DNA from: Octopus vulgaris
Lineage: Eukaryota
NCBI GenBank assembly: GCA_951406725.2
Contig: OX597836.1
Span: 7,378,001 to 7,442,000, forward strand
DNA: 64,000 bases
Direction of reading: 5' to 3'
Every line of letters begins with the position of its first letter. Positions within the stretch are counted from its first letter, which is position 1. The translations under genes were made by a program, and so were the position numbers. Positions 1-11,010 of this stretch are shown here, one piece after another. A model generated the notes under the pieces. The model was not told where the DNA came from. It did not search any database and saw nothing but the letters and a program-made list of their open reading frames with translations.

Positions 1-212
1 CTGTGTTTGTCCCCCCCCCCACCCAAACATCGCTTGACAACTGATGCTGGTGCATTTACTTCCCTGTAATATAGCAATTCGGCAAAAAAGATCAATAGAA
101 TAAGTACTAGGCTTACAAAGGAATAAGTCCTGGGGGCGATTTGCTCGACTAAAGGCGATACTCCAGCATGGCCACAGTCAAATGACTGAAACAAGTAAAA
201 GAATAAAAGAAT
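1..212 (+). mobile_element. SINE family A, 3' half (truncated by window edge)
   Basis: tgtttgtccccc...gctggtg...aagtactaggcttacaaagaataagtcctgggg...ccagcatggccacagtcaaatgactgaaacaag; the same segment recurs more than 10 times in the window. Confidence 0.85.
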
Positions 213-368
213 ACTGTGTGTGTGTGTGTGTAGTTAGTAGTTAATAAACTGTATGGTATACACCTGGTAGTTTACCTGTAAAGCATGTTCACTTTCACAG
301 TGTTCATTGCGTATTTTATTAATGAGAGAGAGAGACAGGAGATGGATGATACAAGAATGTCTATTGTA

Positions 369-474
369 ATCACCTGAAGAGATACATCTACACCAACAGA
401 TGCACCTAAACCAGTTGTTCAGTATCCCATCCATGAGGGATTGATGCTAGATGGGTCGAAACAATTGTAGTGAT
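369..474 (+). ncRNA. Type I hammerhead ribozyme motif (Penelope/retrozyme-like)
   Basis: Stem I atcac(369-373)/gtgat(470-474); CTGAAGA 374-380; stem II gatacatcta/tagatgggtc closed by G381-C457; GAAA 458-461; palindromic stem III ACAATTGT; GUA cleavage triplet 467-469; AATAAA at 476-481. Confidence 0.72.
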
Positions 475-544
475 CAATAAACATTCTCGTATCTTCTATC
501 TTCCATCTCTTTCGTTAATCAAATATATGTGGGGTGGGGGTGGG

Positions 545-795
545 GTGGCAATGGTTAGGGTATTATACTCATGAACATATGGTTGTGGTTTCCGTTCCTG
601 GACCAGGTAATGAGTTGTGTTCTTGAGCAAGACACTTCATTTCATGTTGCTCCAGTCCACTCAGCTGGCATGAACGATTAATTCTGTGCTGGACCAGCAT
701 CCCATCCAGGTGGAGCAAAGAGTGGGGAACATATACATCACGGAATCTGAGAAACTGGCCTTTTCAGCCCATGGCACGGAAAGGACCTTTGATCC
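545..795 (+). mobile_element. tRNA-head CORE-type SINE (family D) with gaaactggcc tail, degenerate
   Basis: tggttaggg A-box remnant, tgtgttcttgagcaagacacttcatttcatgttgctccagtccactcagctg CORE-like body; shared with 10703, 58455 and 59360 copies. Confidence 0.7.
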
Positions 796-939
796 TTCTT
801 TTTACACATGCACACACACACACACACACACATGGTGTGCTTAGTACAGTTTCCATCTACCTGTACAAGGAACTGCACAGTGAGATTGAACCCAAAACCA
901 CAAGCATGTGAAACAGACTTCTTGACCACACTACCAATG

Positions 940-976
<37 letters not shown>

Positions 977-1439
977 ACGTGTGCAGCATGCTCAGTAAAG
1001 TTTCCATCCACCAAATCCATGAGGTATTGATCAGCCCAGGGCTACAACAGAAGGTATTTGTCCAAGGAACTGGATAAGTGAGACTGAACCCAAAACCACA
1101 AGGTTACAAAACAGACTTCTTAACCACACAACCAATGTTTACACACACACACACACAGCTTTATATTTACGTAACTATTTATAACGCAAAACTGAACTGA
1201 GTGTTATTGTGGTTAATTTTTGCACCACAAAATAAACAAAGACACACTTTAATTGGTTGTTTTTAATTGGGTATTTTTACCTCAATTGCTCTTTTCAATA
1301 TTTTTGAGTTTTCCTTAGTCTTTCCCCCTCAAAGACATCACAATTAACTCTTTCTGTTTGTCTAAGCACCAAAGAAACACTCTCAATCACGCACTTATCA
1401 AATTCTTTGCTTATATTTGGTTTCTTCTTTTGTTCTTTC

Positions 1440-1470
<31 letters not shown>

Positions 1471-1482
1471 TACAAGCAAGTG

Positions 1483-1921
1483 CTGCTGTAAAATCTTCAA
1501 AGCCACAGTCGAACCAATTCTACTATATGGCTCAGAAACCTGGACGTTATCAAAGAAGCTTGAGAGGCAGTTGGATGGAACCTACACTCGCCTCCTTATG
1601 AGAGCTCAAAATCTCTCATGCAAGCGCCATCCAACCAAAGTACAAATATATGGGAAACTACCACCTGTATCATCTCTTGTGAAAGGTAGAAGAGTCTAGT
1701 TTACTGGACATTGTTGTAGAGCTGAAAACGAGGTAATTTCTACTCTTCTCCTCTGGAAGCCATCTGCTCGCGATACCAGAGGGCGCACACTCTCTTACTC
1801 TGATGTAATCTCCAGGGATACAGGCATCCAGCAACAGGACCTCCGTAATGCTATGATGGACCGTGAAGTCTGGCATAGCATGGTAAATTCCATTGTCTCG
1901 ACCACGGTCGAACAATGAATG
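1483..1921 (+). mobile_element. 5'-truncated non-LTR retrotransposon 3' end (RTE/Proto2-related), one in-frame stop
   Basis: Translates KIFKATVEPILLYGSETWTLSKKLERQLDGTYTRLLMRAQ...RRV*FTGHCCRAENE...LLWKP...MMDREVW; LLYGxETW is the RTE-group post-RT motif; ends in a short atga tail. Confidence 0.85.
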
Positions 1922-2529
1922 AAATGCTACTGTCATGTAAGTGGTGTCGTTTGTTGACAATCTTCTGCATAAACGTGTCTTGCGCTGTGAGGAAATATTA
2001 TTATACTAGAAACGAGTGGAGAATGAGGGTTAGCAACAGGAAGAGTACCCAGTGACTGAAATCTACCTGAAGAAATTCTGTCAGATGCACCCCCACCATG
2101 GAAGCACGATGGGCGTTAGAGCGACAAGGAGGATTTGCACAGACACAGACATGTAAACACACGTGTACATATCATCATCATCATCATCATTATCATCATC
2201 ATCATTATCATCATCCAGTGTTTTAAGTTCAGGTTTTGTCCCCATTAACAGGGGTGGCTGGATTTACCTCAATGCCATAGCAACCGAGGTAGATAGGTGC
2301 AGCCCACCCCAACCTTTGGGCTGGTTAGTGCCCATTCTCCTTTGCTATCTTGAGCCTTTTTTGGAGCTGGATTTTCTACACACACACACACACACACACT
2401 TGGAAATGGATGCGTGGCGTTCGATCATATGCATGCATACATACATACATACTTATACATACATATACATATACTTATAGATACATACATACTTATACAT
2501 ACACACAGACATACAGACAGGCAAACAGA

Positions 2530-2536
2530 TAGACAG

Positions 2537-2613
<77 letters not shown>

Positions 2614-2667
2614 CATAGATAGATAGGTAGATAGATAGATAGATAGATAGATACATAGATAGATAGG

Positions 2668-2734
<67 letters not shown>

Positions 2735-2745
2735 ATAGATAAACA
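2530..2745. repeat. (GATA)n microsatellite
   Basis: Direct reading; similar arrays at about 41755-41840, 44330-44380, 45012-45090 and 48593-48660. Confidence 0.95.
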
Positions 2746-3207
2746 GACAGAGAGACAGACATATGTAGACAGAGACAAAGACAGAGGGGAAATGGCTGAA
2801 TAATGAAAGGAAGAAGTTTGAAAGTGGAGTTAGTTGGGATGAAGATCTCACATTACAAATTAAAGAGAATAAATATGGGGATATGAAGGAACAAATGGGT
2901 CAGCTTGAATCACACATCCTGTTTCTGAAGTCTTCAAAAACTGCCAGCATCAAAGAAAACACCGATTCTCTCTTTGACAAAACAAGACAAGCAAAACCTG
3001 ATGACTCCATCTTACTCTTTTCGCTCTTACTCTTTCTTTCCGCCTCTCGCTCCTCCACACCTTCCTCCCTTTTACTGTCTCTCTATCTATTCTCTCCCTC
3101 CTTTTCTTCTCTGTATGTATCTGTTGATTTGTCTGTCTGTCTGTCAGTCTGTCTGTGTCTCTCTCTCTCTGTCTCTCCCGGTTCATTATTTTCTCCCTCT
3201 CTTTTCA

Positions 3208-3240
<33 letters not shown>

Positions 3241-3353
3241 TCTTATCCTTACATTTCTCTTTCTCTCTCTCAATCTCCATTACTCTCTCCACCAATGTCC
3301 TTCTCATGTTTTTCTTTTTTCTCATCCAATCGCTTTCTCTCCCATATATATAT

Positions 3354-3406
<53 letters not shown>

Positions 3407-3524
3407 TAGATAGATACACACACACACACACACACACACATACACACACAGAGGAGGGGGTATATTTGCTATTTGTGTGTGTATAAATATGTATGTATGT
3501 ATTTCTAAGTATACGTGTGTATGT

Positions 3525-3866
3525 GGAGTGGTTGTGTGGTAAGTAGCTTGCTTACCAACCACATAGTTCCGGGTTCAATCCCGCTGCATAGCATCTTGGG
3601 CAAGTGTCTTCTACTATAGCCTCGAGCCAACCAAAGCCTTGTGAGTGGGATATGGTAGACGGAAACTGAAAGAAACCCGTCATATATATACATACGTGTG
3701 TGTGTTAGTCCCACCACCACCATCGCTTGACAACCGATGTTAGTCTGTTTATGTCCCCATAATTTAGCCGCCGATAGAATAAGTACTAGGCTTACAAAGA
3801 ATAAATCCTGGGGTCAACTTCTAAAGGCGATGTTCCAGCATGGCCGCAGTCAAATGACTGAAACAA

Positions 3867-3869
<3 letters not shown>
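3525..3869 (+). mobile_element. SINE family A, near full length (tRNA head, CORE-like body, internal TA/TG microsatellite, 3' module)
   Basis: ggagtggttgtgtggtaagtagcttgc...ggttcaatccc (A/B boxes), tcttgggcaagtgtcttctactatagcctc (CORE-like), then 3' module. Other copies at about 11475-11840+, 16355-16700+, 17645-18037+, 23080-23470-, 30340-30950-, 31745-32047-, 40495-40880+, 49372-49620+, 55876-56040-. Confidence 0.9.
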
Positions 3870-3909
<40 letters not shown>

Positions 3910-3913
<4 letters not shown>

Positions 3914-4128
3914 AGCTCTGTCTGGCACCTGTGCGGGTGGCACGTAAAAAGCACCCACTACACTCATGGAGTGGTTGGCGTTAGGAAGGGCATCCAGCCG
4001 TAGAAACACTGCCAGATCTGACTGGGCCTGATGAAGCCTCCCGGCTTCACAGACCCCAGTTGAACCGTCCAACCCATGCTAGCATGGAAAACGGACGCTA
4101 AATGATGATGATGATGATGATGATGATG
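3910..4128 (+). mobile_element. (GAT)n-tailed short retroposon, family C
   Basis: ggtggcacgtaaaaagcaccc...ggttggcgttaggaagggcatccagc...cccatgctagcatggaaaacggacgctaaa(tga)n. Other copies at 9415-9640+, 11860-12104-, 12413-12608-, 25745-26055-, 28300-28580+, 33655-33782-, 37990-38205-. Confidence 0.85.
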
Positions 4129-5432
4129 ATATATATATATATATATATATATGCGTGTAAATATATGTGTATCTGTGCCTGTGTGTATGTAAATACAAAT
4201 GTATATCTTTAAATGTGTGTGTGTGTATACACACACACACACACACACACACACGTGTCCTACAATAAATGAAAGGTGGACACCATTTCTAAAAGTGAGC
4301 GTTTCTTGAAAGGAGCAGGAAAGATGGTGGGAAGAAGGAGGGTAGAGGAGGGGGAGGGGTGAAGGTCAATGGTCAAGTATGGAGAAATATTTACAGAGAG
4401 GTTTCACCCTCTTCGTTAGACACAGTCAGGAAGGGTGAGGGCAATGGTGGAGACGGTAGCCGCAGTGATGGTGGCGGTTGTGGCAGTGGCAACAGGGTGT
4501 TGTCGTGGTGGTGGTGGTGATGGCGGCGGCTGCAGCGGTGGCAGTGGTAGATTGAGTACTGTGAATAGTTCCTCTAATGGTAGATTTAATATTAATTCAC
4601 AAAACTTCACATACAGACACACACACACACTTGGACATGCAAACAATCACACACACACACACACAATACAGGCAGACAATCACACACCTACACACAATAA
4701 CATCTTCACACAATGGCACTCAAGTACTCACCCACACACACATACACACATACACACACACACACACAAAACTTATTAGAGAATGTTTACAAAAAATAAA
4801 TCTTTGTTCAATTTATTATAGGAAGATGGGGGTGGGGACGGTCGTGTGACGAATGTTAAGTAATACAAGAGGGGAGATTAGGAAATAGAGAGTGAGAGAG
4901 AGAGGGGGTGGGAGGAAATGAGAGGAGGAGGAGAAAGTGAGAAAAGCATGAGTTGACAAAGAGAGGAGGAGATGAGGGGAAAGTGAATGAGTAATAAAAG
5001 AAGTGAGAAAGAGAAGAAGGGAAGAGAGGACTAGGAAGAGGAGAAGTAAGAATGGGAGAGAAAGGGTGAGCTAAAGAGAGAGAGAGACAGAGAGAAGAAA
5101 TAGAGAGAGAATGTGAGAGAAAGTTAGAGAGAGACAAGCAGAGAGAAGAGAGATAAAGTGAAAACTAAGGAAAGAGAAAGAGAGCAAGGGGAAGTGAGAG
5201 AGAGAGAGAGAGTTAGGGTGAGAGAATGAGCTAGAGAGAGAGAGGGGGAGCCAAAGAGATTGAGCTAGAGAGAAAGATAGAGAGCTAGACAGGGAGAGAG
5301 AAAGAGAGGAAGACAGCTAAAGAGGAAGAGAGACAAAGAAAAACAGGCAGAGAGAGAGATGTAAGGAGAGAGAAGCAAAGACAGAGAAGCAGAGAGAGAG
5401 ACAGAGACAGACAGAGAGAGACAGAGAGACAG

Positions 5433-5511
<79 letters not shown>

Positions 5512-6532
5512 GCTAGTTTCAGGAAATACAATGCAGGATAGAGGGAGCAAAGTCAAATATGCAAATATAACCATCTGTAATTTCCGCACAGGGGCCCAGC
5601 AATGGGGAGCGGGGACAGGGGACAAGTCAGTCAAGTCAGTACCCAGTACTTCATAAGTACTTTTTGTATTATCAAACCTGGAGGGATGAAAGGCAAAGCT
5701 AACCTCAGCAGGATTTGAACTCAGAATGTAAAGACCCAGAACAGACACACAAGTGAAATGGAAATCCATTGAAGACCAAGAATGGAAAGAATTCTTCCTG
5801 AGGAAATAAGCGCAGGCGTGGCAGCTGTGTGGTAAGTAGCTTGCTTCCCAACCACATGGTTCCGGGTTCAGTCCCACTGCGTGGCATCTTGGGCAAGTGT
5901 CTTCTACTCTCCTCCACCACCGCTTGACAACTGGGGTGGGTGTGTTCACATTTCCGTAACTTACAACATGCTGCTGGGAACTGAACTCAAAACCTTACAG
6001 TCATGAGCCGGATACTCCTAACCACTAAGCCACACATCTTTATGAATAGGAATTATGAAGAGCTAGAAAGAGAAGATTAGTCACCCTTGTGAATGGATCA
6101 TAAATATGCAGCAGAGAAAATCCAATCTCCGAAACAGAGCAGGAAATATTTCACAATCCACTGACCAAAAAACCACAAGGAAATGACAACAGCCGTTCCT
6201 TATATCAGGGAATTCTTTGCATTCCAGACATGTTCCACACATGTGATCAGGGCATGTTACTCACATCATCATCATCATCATTTCCCATCCACTTCTCCAT
6301 GCTGATATGAGTCACATGGAATTTGTCGGGGCAGACCTTCTGTGGCTGGATGCCCTTCCTGGTGCTAACCTTCACCCACTTACAAGCAAATAATATATTT
6401 CTTATAGTTAGACATGCTTTCCACAGACGACTGGAAACTAACAACCACACTTGTACGACTATGATAAACTCCTTAACAACCACCACATGACGTCTGGACA
6501 GGGGTAAACATCACACACACACAGACACACAG

Positions 6533-6578
<46 letters not shown>

Positions 6579-6876
6579 GCCAGAGTCACAATAGATTTTG
6601 GTGAAATGTTTTTTTGCTGTTATGTTGGTACGTTTGTAGTAAATAAACTTCATATTTTTTGTTTTGGTGCCCCAGCATGGCCGCAGCCTTCGGGCTAAAA
6701 CATTTTTAAGGATTTAAGAATTATGAAAGTAATATAATCTTTTCCATGAAATCTGCAGTTAAATATTGTCTTATGCTACCTCCCTGGCCCCAGCAGACTA
6801 AATGGGAAAAGGCATTGCTACTCTGATTCGCTGGGCTCATACCTGCGGACAGCCATCTCTGCCCCGACAGCAGTGA

Positions 6877-7076
6877 GCAGACATGTTGCCCCGGTTTCAA
6901 AGGTTAATAAATACCCAACACATGAAGATGCATGAAAAAACTTGGAATTTCTATGAAGTTCATTAAATGCCATTTTTTTCTTTTTCTCTGGCCTGGAGCA
7001 GCGAACATCAATTTTTCTTGTATCTTCATGTGTTTGCTTTTTTGATTAACCTTTGAAATCGAGGCAACCTTTCTGC
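6877..7076. repeat. Inverted repeat, ~64-bp arms and ~72-bp spacer
   Basis: 6877-6939 gcagacatgttgccccggtttcaaaggttaat...aacacatgaagatgcatgaaaaa matches the reverse complement of 7012-7076. Confidence 0.85.
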
Positions 7077-7081
7077 CACAC

Positions 7082-7162
<81 letters not shown>

Positions 7163-7801
7163 GTGTGCGTGTGTGTGTGTGTGTGTGACAGGCTTCTTTT
7201 AGTTCATGCCTACCAAATTCACTCACAACTTGATGTTACAGTAGAAGACACTTGCCCAAGGTGCCACACAGTGGGAGTGAACCTAAGACCACATGGTTAG
7301 GAACCTAGATTCTTAACCGCACAACCCATGCCAGCACACATTACAGACATGCATTAGACATGTTCCAGACAAAACCATTTCTCACTGGTCCATCTCAGTC
7401 TACATACTTGCAGAGCCAAGAGCGCCAAAGTACACTGTAAATGTTACCATAAGCCATACACAGGAACACCCTCTTCCAAGGTGAAATTCTTTTTTTTCCT
7501 CAATACCTCAGAGTACAGAATACCACAGAATATAACATACTTCAGAGTATACAATATCTCACAAGGTACAAACAACCTCTACCCCTAAAATTCCTCGCCT
7601 TGTTATTATCATTATTATTATTATTCAATAATTCTTTTACTCTTTTACTTGCTTCAGTCATGTGACTGCAGCCATGCTGGAGCACCGTCTTTAGTCAAAC
7701 AAATTAACCCCAGGATTTATTCTTTGTAAGCCTAGTACTTATTCTATCGGTCTCTTTTGCTGAATCACTATTGGCCTTAATTTCTCTGTGTGTATTGGCA
7801 C

Positions 7802-7838
<37 letters not shown>

Positions 7839-7840
7839 TT

Positions 7841-8013
7841 AGTAGTAGACGTCGCACATTTGTGTCTACTGGGGCTTTGTATTATTTATCAAGTCACAAC
7901 AAGGACCTCAGACAGAAAGTACTTTATGCAATATGCGTGCAGTTCCAAGGAATGCCAAATTTTGCAATACACCTAGATTGTAGGGTATTTCTAAGGTTTT
8001 CAGATGGCTTTTC

Positions 8014-8015
<2 letters not shown>
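7841..8015 (-). mobile_element. R4/Dong-clade LINE 3' end inside a (TAA)n array
   Basis: Minus strand reads LKSHLKTLEIPYNLGVLQNLAFLGTAHILHKVLSV*, resembling the R4/Dong C-terminal LQKxxLLGTAHILRKVL motif; (att)n on both sides. Confidence 0.75.
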
Positions 8016-8060
<45 letters not shown>

Positions 8061-8061
8061 T

Positions 8062-8505
8062 AAGGTGGCGAGCTGGCAGGATCATTAGCGTGCTGGATGA
8101 AATGCTTAGCGATATTTCACCCTTCACTGCATTCTGAGCTCAAATTCCACCGAGGTCGACTTTGCTTTTCCTCCTTTTGGAGTTGATAAATTAAGTACCA
8201 GTGAAACACTGGGGTCAATGTAATCAACTAGTTCCCCTCCCCCAAAATCTCAGGCCTTGTGCCTATAGTAGAAAGGATTATCATTATTATTAAGGCGGCA
8301 AGGTGGCAGAATCATTAGCACGCTGGATGAAAGGCTCAGCAGTATTTCGCCTGTTCCTACGTTCTGAGTTCAAATTCCGCTGAGGTCAACCTTGCTTTTT
8401 ATCCTTTCAGGGTTGATAAATTAAATACCAGTGAAATATTGGGATCAATGTAATCAATTAGTCACCTCCTGCAAAATGTTAGGCTTTGCACCTATAGTAG
8501 AAATT
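8062..8505 (+). mobile_element. Two tandem Meta-domain tRNA SINEs (family B)
   Basis: aaggtggcgagctggcag...gagttcaaattcc...gaggtcgactttgc...cctttcagggttgataaattaagtaccag...ctggggtcaat; copies 8062-8278 and 8292-8505. Others at 5590-5730-, 15780-15990+, 50645-50800-, 62900-63115-. Confidence 0.85.
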
Positions 8506-10094
8506 ATTATTATTATTATTATTATTATTATTTGGCATTAGGAAAGGCATGCAACCATAGCAACCAGGCAACAACAGACAGTTGGAGTGTGGACAGCTCC
8601 CTGCTGGCCAGTTCCATGTCAAACTTTCCAACCCATACCAGCATGGAAAGCAGACGATAGAAGATGATGATGATGATGATGGTAATGATGATGATGATGA
8701 TGATGATACTGATGAAGAGGAAGATAATTACAGCAATGATGATGATGATGGCAAGGGTGTTAAAGCAAATGCTGTGAGAGGGGGAAAAAGAGAGACAAGC
8801 ACAGAGAGAGAGAGACAGACAGACAGACAGAAAGCAAGAAAGAAAGAGAGAGAAAGAAAAGAAAAAAGAAAAGAAGAAGAGGAAAAGGAGGAGAGAATGT
8901 CTGACCGCATTTTTACATTCATTCAGTGAATAGCTGTAAATATTTTCACACAGACAAGCTCAACAACAGCAACAACAACAACAACAAAAGAAAACATAAT
9001 AATAATAATAACAATAATAACAACAGGTAGGTATTTCGGTGGGTGTCAAATGTTGAATGAACCTCATAAAAATCAATAAGCATAATAAGAAGGTAGATAG
9101 AGGATAAACGGAGGGTAAATAGAAGTGAGAGGGGAGGGGGGGGCTGAGGGGGGTTGGGGGGTTGGGGGGTAACGAGCACTTGAAGAACTTGAGGTATTTT
9201 ACAGCGCAGTCATAATATGCAGATACATTTCAGAACAGCTAACAGTAAAGCACAGCAATACAAGACCGACCAGACTAACAGACACGGACAGTATGTGGAC
9301 GCTTGACCTGCTAGAAACAACAGCTAAATCTTTTATTGATCACACACACACACACAAACTGGTGCAGGATTGGTTGTGTGGCTAAGATGTTTGCTTTGCA
9401 ACTACATCAACTGATCATGGCACCAACTGATCGTGGCCGTTGCCAGCCTCCTCGTGCCAGTGGCACGTAAAAGGCACTCACTACACTCATGGAGTGGTTG
9501 ACATTAGGAAGAGCATCAAGCTGTAGAAACACTGCCAGATCAGATTGGAGCCTGGTGCAGCCTCCCGGCTTCCCAGACCCCGGTTGAACCGTCCAGCTCA
9601 TGCTAGCATGGAAAACAGACGTTAAACAATGATGATGATGGTTTTGGGGTTCAGTCCCACCGCATGGCACTGCCTCAGTCAGGTGTCTTCTATTTAGAGG
9701 ACTAAGCTAACCAGTGCCTTGCGAAGAGATTCTAAAGACAGAAATCGGGTGGAAGCAATCTTTTATTTTTCTGTCTTTCACCTGTTTCAGCCATTAGACT
9801 ATGGCCACGCTGGAGCACCACCTTCAGGAATTTTAGCCAGGTGAATCAACGCCAGTACTTTTTTTTTTTTCTTAAGCCTATCAATCTCTTTGGCCAAACC
9901 GCTAAGTTACAAGGATGTAAACACAACAACACCAGCTATCATGTAGTGGTGGGGAGGTATATTCCAATTTCCGTCTGCCAAATCCACTGACAAGGATTTG
10001 GTCAACCCAAGGCCTTAGTAGAAGACATTTGCCCTTGGTGCCACATAGTGGGATTCAACTAGATGAATGGTGACAGACCTGAGGGGATGAAACA

Positions 10095-10176
10095 GCAGAG
10101 TTTCACATTTCCGTTCATGAGACAGTTGCAACGAATACACAACAAGTGTCTGACGAACAGGAACATGAAACTCTGC
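10095..10176. repeat. Inverted repeat whose arms each resemble a decayed hammerhead core
   Basis: Arms 10095-10128 and 10143-10176; plus arm CTGACGA-acaggaacat-GAAAC, minus arm CTCATGA-acggaaatgt-GAAAC. Confidence 0.6.
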
Positions 10177-10702
10177 GTAAGAGTGTCGTGATAATTTTCC
10201 AGCTTATATATATACACTCTTTTACACATTTCAGTCATTTGACTGCAGCCATGCTGGAGCACTGCCTTTAGGGTAACAAAAATTCACATAAGTACCAAGG
10301 AAATTACAGCCTAAATTCCAGGGTTAAGTGAAATGTTTTTGTATATCATGGATAAATTAAGAAATGGAGTCAAACGCAGGTGTTATTCAAATCATTTGTA
10401 CTTCCAACGTATGTTTCGAAGAAACCATTGAGATTATTCCGGAGTGGGGTAACATCTCAGCTGTTTCCTCTTGAAGCATATTGCATATACCATTATTACG
10501 ATCCAGTATGTAGTTGTTTTACAGATGCAAGGCAAATATTAGAGTTGAAAACTGTGGAAATATTGTTTGCAGAGAAAATATCTAACAGCACAGAGAGTTG
10601 GGAAATTTTGGAGTATTATTGGTTTACCTGAAGCAACAAACATGTTAACTCTAACATTCATATTGTAGCTGTTGTTGTTGTCATTGTTGCGTTCATAAGT
10701 GA

Positions 10703-11010
10703 AGGCACACGGCTTAGTGGTTAAGGTATTCAGCTCACGTATGTAAGGTCAAGAGTTCAATTCCAAGGTGGCATGTTGTGCCCTTCAGCAAGACATTTCA
10801 AGTCGCCCCACTCCACTCCACTCACCTGGCAGAAATGAGTAGGACCTGCATTTTAAAGGGGCCAGACTCGTCACACTGTCACGCTGAATATCCCTGAGAA
10901 CTACATTAAGAGTATGTGTGTCTGTGGAGCGTTCAGCCATTTATACATTAATTTCAAGAGCAGGCTGTTCCATTGATCGGATCAACTGGAACCCTCAATG
11001 GAGTGCCAGT
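10703..11010 (+). mobile_element. tRNA-head CORE-type SINE (family D) with alternative tail
   Basis: gaaggcacacggcttagtggttaagg...gagttcaattcc head, CORE-like body, tail aaagggccagactcgtcacac...ggatcaactggaaccct. Confidence 0.75.

Noticed and set aside
4028-4050. CTGATGA-AGCC-tccc-GGCT hammerhead-like start
   Set aside because: Not followed by GAAA; a chance variant of a family C SINE segment
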